Assembly (NCBI GenBank): GCA_963762565.1
Contig: CAVXLD010000001.1
Span: 106,498-170,497, forward strand
Length of the DNA stretch: 64,000 nt
Source of the DNA: an uncultured Verrucomicrobiae bacterium
GTDB lineage: Bacteria > Verrucomicrobiota > Verrucomicrobiia > Chthoniobacterales > JAFAMB01
Direction of reading: 5' to 3'
In this document: piece by piece, positions 43,991-53,214 of the stretch
Numbering within the stretch: position 1 is the stretch's first letter
Layout: each line of letters starts with the position of its first letter
Notes under the pieces: model-generated
Database searches by the model: none
Seen by the model: the letters and a program-made list of their open reading frames with translations, nothing else
What the model was told of the DNA's origin: nothing
Program-made: the position numbers and the translations under genes

Positions 43991-45464
43991 AAAAGTCAGA
44001 CAAACGCTGGCGAAGCCCGAAAACGAGACAGAGTGCACCGCTCACAATCGGAAGCCAATCTCCAAAAGAACCGTAGGGCGTCATATCATTCGCCACCGGA
44101 AAGTCGAGGCTATATGTGGACAATAGACGTGTCCTCGGCGGCGCCTCCTTTACCACTCTGCCGCTAGCGGTCTGCATAAAGGCTCCGGCTCGATCGGACT
44201 CAAAGATGATAGGCCTTCCGAGGGAGACGCCCCAGCAACGAAGGTTCTCGCTAAATTGTTCCTCACCAATCGCTGTCCCTTTCGGAGTATCAACCAAGAC
44301 AACAAATCCTTGAGCCGGGACCTTGAGCCCGGCTTTGAGCGCCTTTAACGACATGCCTTCCTGGTTAATGAATGGAAGTAGCGCAACACCTTTGACGGAA
44401 AAGCTCTGAAGATTCTTGGGAACCTGATCTGCTAAGATTTGAAAACCGGGATTCTTTTGAAACGAGAGCACACTTTTGACTGTGGTCGGAAGATAGGCGG
44501 AATAACCAGAGATGGGTGCATTACTAGCGGCGGCTACCCCTGTGATTACGCCGACATCGGGCGCCGCTGACTTCCGATCGAAGCTCTTAGATTCTATCCC
44601 CCCTTCAGTGATTCGCCGCCAAACCAGCAAATCCGATTTCAAAGCCGCTACTCCAGGAAGCAAACTGTTGAGCTCGCTCGCGCTGGATCCGGGCGATGCC
44701 GTGATGCTAATCCTGAGCTGGAGAGGTTGCGGTCGAGGCTGAGCAAATTGGAAACCGGCGGCGGCAATGACGAAGAGCATCGCCAAAGTAAAAACGATGT
44801 CGAAACGGGCCGCCCAGTTCATCCTCCCCGGCTGCAATGCGAGCCGCCGAATCGCCAGAAAAATGATCGCATTGGCAAATACCGCGATGAAACTCAAACC
44901 GAACGGACCCGTGACTCTAACAATTTGGAGGAGCGGAAGATTTGCGGCGATCGGCAAGCCGACTGGATTCCAAGCGGTCAAGATCATTCCGCGACACCAT
45001 TCTAGGAACGTCCATGAACTTGCGATCAGAACCGCCTGACGGAGATGCGCGGTGGAAACACGCCACGCCTCGGCATTACCGGGCGCCCCCATAAAAATCG
45101 GCTGAAGCCCTTTTTTGCGCTTCTTTTCATCGGGTTTAGCCAGCTCCGGGAGCTTACAGAATCGCCAGACGAACCAACTCCAAACGATACCTAGAAGGCC
45201 AAGCACACCCAGAATCGTTCCGAGCTCTTGATACCGATGTTCTTTCCACAGCCAGTGAAACGTGATGAGAGCAAAGCTCGTGGAAAACAGGGCGCCCTGA
45301 ACGATCACCATTCCCGCTCTTCCTCTTAGGGAAAGCAAAGAGAATAGGATCGGAACAAAAGCAACCCAAATAAGCCAAGACAAGTTCCAGGGAGGCAGAC
45401 CTAGGGCAAGCAAAGCGCCCGCAAGAAGACTCAATAGGAGCTGCCACAACCAAGCCAATCTCAT
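43962..45464 (-). CDS. Apolipoprotein N-acyltransferase (Lnt)-like membrane protein with divergent CN-hydrolase domain
   Basis: N-terminus MRLAWLWQLLLSLLAGALLALGLPPWNLSWLIWVAFVPIL and C-terminus TPYGSFGDWLPIVSGALCLVFGLRQR are collinear with Lnt. The ATG at 45464 overlaps the upstream stop (ATGA). Confidence 0.7.
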   Translation of the reverse strand: MRLAWLWQLLLSLLAGALLALGLPPWNLSWLIWVAFVPILFSLLSLRGRAGMVIVQGALFSTSFALITFHWLWKEHRYQELGTILGVLGLLGIVWSWFVWRFCKLPELAKPDEKKRKKGLQPIFMGAPGNAEAWRVSTAHLRQAVLIASSWTFLEWCRGMILTAWNPVGLPIAANLPLLQIVRVTGPFGLSFIAVFANAIIFLAIRRLALQPGRMNWAARFDIVFTLAMLFVIAAAGFQFAQPRPQPLQLRISITASPGSSASELNSLLPGVAALKSDLLVWRRITEGGIESKSFDRKSAAPDVGVITGVAAASNAPISGYSAYLPTTVKSVLSFQKNPGFQILADQVPKNLQSFSVKGVALLPFINQEGMSLKALKAGLKVPAQGFVVLVDTPKGTAIGEEQFSENLRCWGVSLGRPIIFESDRAGAFMQTASGRVVKEAPPRTRLLSTYSLDFPVANDMTPYGSFGDWLPIVSGALCLVFGLRQRLSDFYESSRRFRS

Positions 45465-46660
45465 GACGCCCCCTTTCGGCGGAGCTCGATAAAGGTTCGC
45501 CAAATTAATAGAACGATGAGCGGATAAATCGCCGGGTGAAATCGTTGAGGAAGCCAAGGCGACGAAAACATAAAAAGGAGCCCTTCAAGCATGGCCAGGA
45601 ACAAATAAAGCCGGGGCATGAATACCTTATTGGCCGAAAAAAAAAGCAATCCGAGGCCTGCAACTAAATGGGTGGGTACAAGCCAAGCCACGTTCCAATT
45701 CTGATATGCCTCCCAGTGCAAGGTGTTCGCCGCCAGCACAACTAAGAACAGTCCGGTAAAACCGAACACCATATAAATGACCGCTGAAATCAATCGAGAC
45801 GCCTTGCGTCCGCGCAACGCCCATAGTCCGATCCAGGCGATAAGCACGGCAGAAAATACAATCTCCGGATCGAATGCTCGAGGTATTCTTGGCAGAGGAC
45901 GAGCTGGAAACAGCCGAACCGGCGCCTGGCCAAAAGCATCATCATTAATTTTAGTCTGGCATACCGCGGACTCGAGGTTTGCCGGCAGAAAACAGGCTTC
46001 CCGAGGCTGAACCAATCGATCAACCCCAGCCCCCAGCAATAAATAAATGCCAAAGCGAATCCAGGGAATCCGATCCAGGTAAGGATCCAACATTTGGCGA
46101 AAGGTTACTCCGGCGACAGTCTTGTCTGCCACAGGCGTTCCGATGATTTTCTCAAAAGCGTCTCGCACTCGGGTTGAGCAGTTATCAAGGAGAAAATCGT
46201 ATCGATAGTAGCGATTCTCTGGGGCGAGATTCGTCTCCAGCGCCTCGAACAAGCTCTGTTTTTGTTCAGGGGTTAGATTTAGTTGGGCTTCAGTTACGCC
46301 TTGACCCAGAGCACCATGCTCCTCGATGTCCGCGGCTCCTTGATCCACCGAAAGCTGGTAAAGAAGGTCGCCTCGCGCAAATCGGAGGTAGAAATTGCCC
46401 ACACTCATGTCAAACGTCCCAAAGTTGTAGAGCCGATCAAATCCAAGTTCTGGATCCAGTATCCGGATCGCGCTGTGTCCGAAAGCTGTATACAGCTCAT
46501 CACCAGGTGAACAGGTCACCAGAGAAATCTTGGTGGCAGGGCTGAGCGCAGGAAGTCCGCCCGGTTGGTTCTCTTCGGCAGCGCGAGCACTCCAACTGAG
46601 CAGGATTAAGGTGGCAAACAGGCCGCAAAAAATACATTTCCAGTCGGTAAACGCCCTCAT
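45461..46660 (-). CDS. DUF4105 (Lnb-like) periplasmic domain protein with C-terminal multi-TM domain
   Basis: Signal peptide MRAFTDWKCIFCGLFATLILLSWSARA, then SLVTCSPGDELYTAFGHSAIRILDPELGFDRLYNFGTFD, characteristic of DUF4105. The ORF extension to 46840 is encoded by the F1 element. Confidence 0.7.
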   Translation of the reverse strand: MRAFTDWKCIFCGLFATLILLSWSARAAEENQPGGLPALSPATKISLVTCSPGDELYTAFGHSAIRILDPELGFDRLYNFGTFDMSVGNFYLRFARGDLLYQLSVDQGAADIEEHGALGQGVTEAQLNLTPEQKQSLFEALETNLAPENRYYRYDFLLDNCSTRVRDAFEKIIGTPVADKTVAGVTFRQMLDPYLDRIPWIRFGIYLLLGAGVDRLVQPREACFLPANLESAVCQTKINDDAFGQAPVRLFPARPLPRIPRAFDPEIVFSAVLIAWIGLWALRGRKASRLISAVIYMVFGFTGLFLVVLAANTLHWEAYQNWNVAWLVPTHLVAGLGLLFFSANKVFMPRLYLFLAMLEGLLFMFSSPWLPQRFHPAIYPLIVLLIWRTFIELRRKGAS

Positions 46661-46800
46661 TGGCGGACTCTGCGATATTTCAACGAGCATCCGTACGCCG
46701 GTTCTTGCGGCAAGGACCAAGACTCTGGCACGAGAAAATCTTCCGTCCAGTACTTTGGTAGGGGGGAACGCCGGGAACGAGCTAGAACGCCGGGAACGCT

Positions 46801-47011
46801 GGTAGGGCGAGGCTCCCGAACCTACACAAAGGGTTAGCAAAGGCTAAACTCCGAGGCGAATCGCTGATACGCTGTACCGACAAACGCGCCGAGCCGTGGC
46901 CCAGCGATAGATCACGGCTCGGCGCGCTTCATGGCCTATGAACACCGTTCGCCAGGTGACGTACATGGCCCTTCGCGATAGCGATGGATTCTTCGGGAGC
47001 CTCGCCCCACC
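46801..47011. mobile_element. F1 palindromic element, copy 3 (211 bp)
   Basis: TIRs ggtagggcgaggctcccgaa / ttcgggagcctcgccccacc. The central hairpin at 46886-46925 is 37/40 identical to copy 1, and the length is the same as copy 1. Confidence 0.8.
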
Positions 47012-47034
47012 AATGATTGTAGCCTAAATCCTCC

Positions 47035-48981
47035 CTACCCCACCCGACGTTCGGCATCCGTGCGTAACCACTCCCAGAGTCGCTTCAGCGCCTGGTCTAG
47101 TTCCGCCTTTGTGGTGGCTAGCGCCTCGCGGCTATCGACGGAGCGCCGGCCGAATAGATAGAACTTGATCTTCGGCTCGGTACCGGACGGCCGAACGGCT
47201 ATTCGCCGCCCATCAGCCAAATGAAACATGGTCATTTTTTCCTTCGGCAATACATCGCCTTCGACATCTCGAATCCCGCCCTCGCTAAAATCCACCACCT
47301 CGGTGACCGCACTAGCATCGATTTCCTTGGGCGGCGATGCCTTATATGACTCTGCCAATCGACGGATCTTTTCCGAGCCCGCTGCTCCCTCGAAGACCAA
47401 TGAATTACCTTTCTCGAGATAATATCCGTACTCGCAATAGATATCATCCAGAAGCTCATCGACGGTCCTATTGAGAGACTTCGCGTAGGCGCACATTTCT
47501 GCAAACATCACCGTCGCGGCGTTGGCATCCTTGTCGCGAACAAAATCCGCGCCGCTGTATCCGTAGCTTTCCTCTCCCCCGAACACAAAAAAGCTCGAAT
47601 GTTCCAGCCTGGCCCGGCGGGTTTCTTCCTCGGTCAATGACCGGTACCGTTGGCGAATCGGCTCCGGCAACTGGTTTTCATATTTGCCCAGTTTCTCGCC
47701 GATATATTTGAAACCGGTCAAAGTCTCAACGCAGCGCAGACCTTCCTTCGAAGCGATCGCCTTCTGCAGGTCAGTCGTGACCAATGTCTTGATGATCACG
47801 CAGCGTTCCTTGTTCGCATCGGTCAGGATCCCGTTCGCCCGATAAGCTTGGATCCGGTAGTAAGCCAATAAAGAACCGATCTGATTTCCGGTCAGCAAAA
47901 CCAATTCACCAGCCCGGTTCCGAACCGCCACTCCCATCCGATCGGCGTCCGGGTCGGTGCCAACCACTAGATCTGCACTGGTCCGGTCAGCCAATTCCAT
48001 TCCTTGAGCGAGCGCTTCTGCATTCTCAGGATTCGGCGATTTAACCGTTGGAAACGCGCCATTTGGTTCCATTTGCTCATCCACTGTCGCGAGATCGAAC
48101 CCGATCTCCCGAAGCACCGGCACTGAGATGACGGCTCCGGTGCCATGGATGGGCGTAAAAACGATTTTGAGATCTTTCTCCCCATTCACCATCTCCGGCC
48201 TAAGTACCAAGGTGCGAAGCCGAGTCTTATAGATCTCATCGAAATCTGCGCCCAACGGAATCACTTTGCCTTGTTCGGTCGCAGGAAGGGCTTCGTAGGT
48301 TTCGCGGGCAATTTCATTAAAACATTGGATTACGCCGGTGGCGTGCGGTTCGACGAGCTGCGCGCCGTCCGAGAAGTAGGCCTTGTAGCCATTATCGTGT
48401 GGTGGGTTATGGCTTGCCGTTATCACAATCCCGGCCGTAGACCCGGTGTGCCGGACAGCAAATGAAAGTTCGGGCGTTGATCGGGCCGACTCAAAGAGGA
48501 AAACGTTGCAGCCTAATTCGGAAGCCACTTTAGCGGCTAGTTCGGCGAACTGGCGCGAGAAATAGCGAGTATCATGAGCAATGCAGAGGCTTGCCCGCTC
48601 GGATACTGCGCTCTTGGCCAAGTGCGCTTTCATATAAGTGACCAATGCCTGAGTCGCCTTGCTGACATTGTAAAAATTCATCGCGTTGGTCCCAACGCAG
48701 GGGTACTGCGGGCAACACGCCGCATTGTGGGCTCCCTGCTCTGCTCCCGTCACTACTCGGCCAATCGATCGGCCGCGAATCCCTCCGGTTCCAAACGCTA
48801 AGGTCCTGAAGAAACGGTCATTCAGTTCAGCCCAAGCCTGAGCCGATAGCAGTTCCGCTACGGAACTCCGGTAGATCGGGTTGTCTCCGGAGCCAAGGAG
48901 CTGCAGCATATTGGCTGCGCTTGACTGCAATAGTGAACCGTCATCCACCGCTTGCTGAATCGTCTTATGCAGGTCGCTCAT
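47035..48981 (-). CDS. Phosphoglucomutase/phosphomannomutase family protein (PgcA-like)
   Basis: Active-site loop TASHNPPHDNGYK, metal loop GTDPDADR. 648 aa. Confidence 0.9.
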   Translation of the reverse strand: MSDLHKTIQQAVDDGSLLQSSAANMLQLLGSGDNPIYRSSVAELLSAQAWAELNDRFFRTLAFGTGGIRGRSIGRVVTGAEQGAHNAACCPQYPCVGTNAMNFYNVSKATQALVTYMKAHLAKSAVSERASLCIAHDTRYFSRQFAELAAKVASELGCNVFLFESARSTPELSFAVRHTGSTAGIVITASHNPPHDNGYKAYFSDGAQLVEPHATGVIQCFNEIARETYEALPATEQGKVIPLGADFDEIYKTRLRTLVLRPEMVNGEKDLKIVFTPIHGTGAVISVPVLREIGFDLATVDEQMEPNGAFPTVKSPNPENAEALAQGMELADRTSADLVVGTDPDADRMGVAVRNRAGELVLLTGNQIGSLLAYYRIQAYRANGILTDANKERCVIIKTLVTTDLQKAIASKEGLRCVETLTGFKYIGEKLGKYENQLPEPIRQRYRSLTEEETRRARLEHSSFFVFGGEESYGYSGADFVRDKDANAATVMFAEMCAYAKSLNRTVDELLDDIYCEYGYYLEKGNSLVFEGAAGSEKIRRLAESYKASPPKEIDASAVTEVVDFSEGGIRDVEGDVLPKEKMTMFHLADGRRIAVRPSGTEPKIKFYLFGRRSVDSREALATTKAELDQALKRLWEWLRTDAERRVG

Positions 48982-49062
48982 AAGTTAGAACTGGTTGGGG
49001 TAACTACTTTATGTGAAGCAACACGCATATTCCAGGCGAGACAACTCGAAAGGAGGTCGAAA

Positions 49063-49180
49063 GGGAGGGATCGCGTCCTCGCGATCCTTCTTTAGCGAAG
49101 CCCGCGACAGAGCAGATCACGCGTTTAGCCAGGTTCACCAGGCAGACCTGGTCGCGGCGCGCGGGGACGCGCGCCCTCCC
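49063..49180. repeat. W-type cassette (second instance)
   Basis: gggagggatcgcgtcctcgcgatcc (49063-49088) and ggcgcgcggggacgcgcgccctccc (49156-49180). A solo F3 arm ccacggcctcgcaagcgaggcacgctccag follows at 49264-49293. Confidence 0.7.
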
Positions 49181-49238
49181 TGCTCTGTGTCACCAATTCA
49201 GCGGATTTCACACGCAATAGCGCCGACGGAATACGGGT

Positions 49239-50180
49239 ATGAACCGCGATTTCCCCTTGCTTACCACGGCCTCGCAAGCGAGGCACGCTCCAGTGTTGCA
49301 GGACAAAATTGAAGCAGCCATTTCACGCCGGTCCGGCCTAAGATCACCCAACACCGACGTTTGCCGTCTGGTCAATGGGACCGGAGACGGCTTGGACGGA
49401 ATCATCATCGACGACTTCGGCGGGCGCTGGCTGGTCTCAAGCAAAGAAGGAGAAAACCGGCCTAAGCTTCCACCGGCATTGGGCTATCGCGCTCTTTATG
49501 CGAAAACCCTTTCGAAAAACGAGAAGACGCGTCCCTCGTACATCGGAGGCGAAGAGTTAACCGCACGTTTCCCCATTCTTGAAGATGGGCTTTCCTACTG
49601 GATCGATTTCCAAAGTGGCTATTCGCAAGGCTTATTCATTGACCAGCGCCTCAATCGCCGCCGGTTACGCGAGCTTTGTCCCGGCAAAACCGTACTCAAT
49701 ACGTTTGCTTATACGTGTAGCTTCGGAGTAGCCGCGGTTTCCGCTGGAGCCAACGCGGTGAACCTGGATCTCTCCCGCAACTACCTCGAATGGGGTCAGC
49801 AAAACTACCAGCTGAACGGTCTGCAACCCCAGCAAAGCGACTTCGTCTATGGCGACGTGTTTGATTGGATGGCCCGTTTCGCCAAACGAGGCCGCCGGTT
49901 CGACATAGTGATACTGGACCCTCCAACGTTTTCACGTAGCCGAGCTTCAGGTGTTTTTCGCGCAGAAAAAGATTACGTAGCGTTGCTAGAACGCGCGCTT
50001 CGCGTGATCGAACCCGCAGGGACCGTTCTTTGCTGCCTGAACGCTCACCATATTTCCGCGGGCGAGTTCAGGTACCTGCTGAAAAGCAGCCTCCCACCTT
50101 CCGCGGGCTTGCTGCAAATGCCAATGCCCGAGGATTTCCCAGGAAGCGATTATCTGAAGAGTTTCTGGGTACGGGTGTGA
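49239..50180 (+). CDS. Class I SAM-dependent (RlmI/YwbD-like) RNA methyltransferase
   Basis: VLNTFAYTCSFGVAAVSAGA and ILDPPTFSRS motifs. The N-terminal about 15 residues are encoded by an F3 arm, so the true start may be the GTG near 49283. Confidence 0.75.
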   Translation: MNRDFPLLTTASQARHAPVLQDKIEAAISRRSGLRSPNTDVCRLVNGTGDGLDGIIIDDFGGRWLVSSKEGENRPKLPPALGYRALYAKTLSKNEKTRPSYIGGEELTARFPILEDGLSYWIDFQSGYSQGLFIDQRLNRRRLRELCPGKTVLNTFAYTCSFGVAAVSAGANAVNLDLSRNYLEWGQQNYQLNGLQPQQSDFVYGDVFDWMARFAKRGRRFDIVILDPPTFSRSRASGVFRAEKDYVALLERALRVIEPAGTVLCCLNAHHISAGEFRYLLKSSLPPSAGLLQMPMPEDFPGSDYLKSFWVRV

Positions 50181-50185
50181 CGGTT

Positions 50186-50457
50186 CGCGTTTGGCGTTTG
50201 GCGTTTGGCGTTTTGGCGTTTTGGCGTTTGGCGTTTGGCGTTGGGCGTTTGGCGTTGGGCGTTGGGCGTTGGGCGTTTGGCGTTGGGCGTTGGGCGTTGG
50301 GCGGTTCACCGTTCGCTGGTTGGCTTTTCGTGCTCGTCCTCGTGCTCGACGAAACCCGGGCCACCTCGAAAAGAGATCCATCATCCCTGTTCTCCTTTTG
50401 CTGGCCATCAATCGCTTTCAGGCGTCGAACGCGCTCTCGAGGACGAGGACGAGAACG
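50186..50457. repeat. K' array (GTTTGGC/GTTGGGC x about 17) followed by a Q-core-Q' cassette
   Basis: Heptamer array at 50186-50304. Q at 50329-50348 (cgtgctcgtcctcgtgctcg) and Q' at 50434-50457 (ctctcgaggacgaggacgagaacg). Confidence 0.9.
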
Positions 50458-50518
50458 ATAGGACCCCTTGCACGAGAGCGAGCCTCACGTATATGATTTC
50501 GCGACCAAACGTTCCCCT

Positions 50519-50707
50519 ATGCTCAGATTCGCTTGCATCCTCATCCTGCCGCTCAGTTTTTTGTTGGCATCCTGTGACAACAACACCCAAGAAGATTCTC
50601 GCTGGGATGTCATCTATAAGGATCTGGACTCCGGCGGCAAAGTTCAGCCGTGGAAAGACGCTCAACAGAGCTGGAACAGCTCTAATCACGGGAAGGACTG
50701 GAACTAG
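50519..50707 (+). CDS. Small lipoprotein (62 aa)
   Basis: MLRFACILILPLSFLLASC with lipobox LLASC. No family recognised. Confidence 0.5.
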   Translation: MLRFACILILPLSFLLASCDNNTQEDSRWDVIYKDLDSGGKVQPWKDAQQSWNSSNHGKDWN

Positions 50708-50717
50708 GGGTTGGCGG

Positions 50718-51167
50718 TTATCCCTTCCGCCACCGCTCAATCACGTAATCGGGAGTCTCTCGAATCTGTTCGGCTAGCTTGAACTTGGGCTCGAATTCTG
50801 GAAAGTAGGCATCCCCATCGTACTCGTTCTTCACGCGGGTAATCAGGAGTTCCCGGCACTGGTCAAGTAGTTGGGCGTAAATTTCGGCGCCGCCGATAAC
50901 AAAAACTTCCGACGAATATTGGTCTGGATCGAATTGGGAAAGATCTCGAATCATTTCGACTCCCGGCCAGGAACGGGTGCGACTGACAACCAGGTTCTGC
51001 CGGCCGGGCAATGGTCGTCCGATTGACTCAAAAGTTCGGCTTCCCATGATGATCGGGTGACCGAAGGTCGCCTCTTTGAACCATTTCTGTTCACCGGGAA
51101 TGCGCCATGGGATCCGGCTTCCACGGCCGATTACGCGAGACGGTGTCATGGCAGCAATAGCGATCAC
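50718..51167 (-). CDS. folA: Dihydrofolate reductase
   Basis: VIAIAAMTPSRVIGRGSRIPW...IIMGSRTFESIGRPLPGRQNLVVSR...VFVIGGAEIY. GTG start at 51167. The longer ORF overlaps thyA and is repeat-encoded. Confidence 0.88.
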   Translation of the reverse strand: MIAIAAMTPSRVIGRGSRIPWRIPGEQKWFKEATFGHPIIMGSRTFESIGRPLPGRQNLVVSRTRSWPGVEMIRDLSQFDPDQYSSEVFVIGGAEIYAQLLDQCRELLITRVKNEYDGDAYFPEFEPKFKLAEQIRETPDYVIERWRKG

Positions 51168-51171
51168 CCGG

Positions 51172-51205
51172 AAATAGCCGATAGCCAATAGCCAATAGCC
51201 GACAG
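51172..51205. repeat. Y' word array (ATAGCCA/ATAGCCG heptamers) between thyA and folA
   Basis: aaatagccgatagccaatagccaatagccgacag. This is the complement of the AATAGCA-type word at 63851-63881. Confidence 0.75.
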
Positions 51206-51252
51206 TCCTGGTGTGGGCGAGGTCACGCCGCCTCCGTTGAACTCCTCTCTCG

Positions 51253-52047
51253 TCATACCGCGATCGGCGCCTTGATGGTCGGATGAGGGTCGTATCCCGC
51301 GAGCTCAATGTCTTCGTACACGAACTCGTGCAAAGTCGCTGGTACTTTCCTAAACTTGATGGTTGGCAGAGCCTTAACTGGCCGGGACAACTGTTCTTTC
51401 ACCTGATCCAGATGATTCAGATAAATATGCAGGTCCCCGAAGGTGTGAATGAAGTCACCTGGCTCCAGATGACAGACCTCGGCGACCATTAAAGTCAGCA
51501 ATGCGTAAGAGGCGATATTAAACGGCACCCCCAGAAACAAATCGGCACTACGTTGGTAGAGCTGGCAGCTCAAACATCCATCCAGCACGTAGAATTGGAA
51601 GAGGGCGTGACAAGGTGGCAAAGCCATTTGCTTTAATTCTCCCGGATTCCATGCAGTCACGATCAATCGACGGCTGTCCGGGTTTTCTTTGATCATGCGA
51701 ACAACTTCACTCAGTTGGTCTACCGGTTGGCCGTCAGCGGTTTTCCAATCTCGCCATTGCGCGCCGTAAACGCGACCCAATTCCCCTTGGGGATCCGCCC
51801 ACTCATCCCAGATCGTGACGCCGTTTTCGTTAAGGAACCGGACATTCGTCTGTCCACGGATAAACCAAAGTAACTCGTGAACGACTGATTTAAAGTGGAC
51901 CCGTTTGGTGGTCACTAAAGGGAACCCCTCGGACAGGTCGAATCGGGCCTGAGCCCCAAAATAGGAGAGTGTGCCAACGCCTGTGCGGTCGTGTTTTGGC
52001 CGGCCCTTCTCCAACACCAAACGGAGCAGTTGATGATACTCTTTCAC
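51253..52047 (-). CDS. thyA: Thymidylate synthase
   Basis: [15 protein letters not shown] (GTG start at 52047), DRTGVGT, catalytic [31 protein letters not shown]. 264 aa. Confidence 0.95.
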   Translation of the reverse strand: MKEYHQLLRLVLEKGRPKHDRTGVGTLSYFGAQARFDLSEGFPLVTTKRVHFKSVVHELLWFIRGQTNVRFLNENGVTIWDEWADPQGELGRVYGAQWRDWKTADGQPVDQLSEVVRMIKENPDSRRLIVTAWNPGELKQMALPPCHALFQFYVLDGCLSCQLYQRSADLFLGVPFNIASYALLTLMVAEVCHLEPGDFIHTFGDLHIYLNHLDQVKEQLSRPVKALPTIKFRKVPATLHEFVYEDIELAGYDPHPTIKAPIAV

Positions 52048-52062
52048 CGGTACGTAATTTAT

Positions 52063-52352
52063 CCGCAGATTGCGCAGATTACGCAGATTTTTTTTCGGTG
52101 GGGCGAGGCCATAAACCGTGGAGCGTGCCTCGCTTGCGAAGCCGTGGTGAGCAACGCTGACGATGTGGCAGCGCATCCGCCGGCTGCGCTCTTGCGTGTG
52201 AAGTTGCAGGAGGCGGGAGATAGAGCGCTGACCGAAATAGGGCCTGCTTCAAAATGTTGCTTTGTTTACCACGGCCTCGCAAGCGAGGCGCGCTCCAAGG
52301 CTTCGCCTCGCCCTACCCGAAAAAAAATCTGCATAATCCCCGTAATCTGTGG
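52063..52352. repeat. Three-layer nested palindrome (T / F1-like / F3 words) filling the thyA-folE2 divergent region
   Basis: T at 52063-52095 pairs with 52320-52352. cggtggggcgaggc (52096-52109) pairs with cttcgcctcgccctacccg (52301-52319). F3 arms at 52116-52147 pair with 52269-52300. Core is about 120 nt. Confidence 0.9.
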
Positions 52353-52382
52353 ATATTTGGCCTGACAAAACGCGAGTATAGA

Positions 52383-53174
52383 ATGGAACCGAAAGCAACG
52401 ACAGCTCTGGTCGATACGCAAAGCCTTCCGGATCACCGGGAAGTTAGAATCGATCGTGTCGGTGTTACCGATGTGCGTTTCCCGATTGTCGTCCGAGACA
52501 AGGCGCACTCTTCTCAACACACCATTGCCAGGGTGGCCTTGACCGTTGACTTACCACATCACTTCAAGGGCACCCATATGAGCCGCTTCATAGAGGTGCT
52601 TAACGAGCATGGCTCGGTGGTACACGTCGATAATATCAAAGAAATTTTACACCACCTCCAACAGCGCCTTGATGCTCAACAAGCGCACGTCGAATTCGAG
52701 TTTCCGTTTTTTATGGAAAAAAGCGCTCCGGTAACGGGATCGGTCGGCCTGATGGATTATAATGTGCGCTTTACGGCGACCGCCTCCCGCAAGGAGTCCG
52801 ATTTACTCTTAACCGTAATCGTCCCAGTAACGACGCTTTGCCCCTGTTCCAAAGCCATCAGCAAATATGGAGCGCACAATCAACGCGGGCAGGTCACCTT
52901 CAGCATACGGTCTAGCCGGCTGGTTTGGATCGAGGAGCTGATTCAGTTGGTGGAAAGCTCGGCCAGCGCGGAACTATACAGCTTGTTAAAACGTCCCGAT
53001 GAAAAGGCACTGACCGAACGAGCCTACGAGCACCCCGTATTCGTCGAAGATCTGGTCCGCAATATCGCCATCAAAGCCAACGCCGATTCAAGGATCATTT
53101 GGTATCGGATCGAAGCGGAAAACTACGAATCGATCCACAATCATAACGCTTATGCGATGATCGAGAAGGGGTAG
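52383..53174 (+). CDS. folE2: GTP cyclohydrolase FolE2/MptA (GCYH-IB)
   Basis: RIDRVGVTDVRFPI, HHFKGTHMSRF, TTLCPCSKAISKYGAHNQR. ATG at 52383, because the upstream ORF extension is repeat-encoded. Confidence 0.9.
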   Translation: MEPKATTALVDTQSLPDHREVRIDRVGVTDVRFPIVVRDKAHSSQHTIARVALTVDLPHHFKGTHMSRFIEVLNEHGSVVHVDNIKEILHHLQQRLDAQQAHVEFEFPFFMEKSAPVTGSVGLMDYNVRFTATASRKESDLLLTVIVPVTTLCPCSKAISKYGAHNQRGQVTFSIRSSRLVWIEELIQLVESSASAELYSLLKRPDEKALTERAYEHPVFVEDLVRNIAIKANADSRIIWYRIEAENYESIHNHNAYAMIEKG

Positions 53175-53214
53175 GCAGTATTTCCTTCTCGGATTGAATG
53201 CGGGCCCATCGCCC

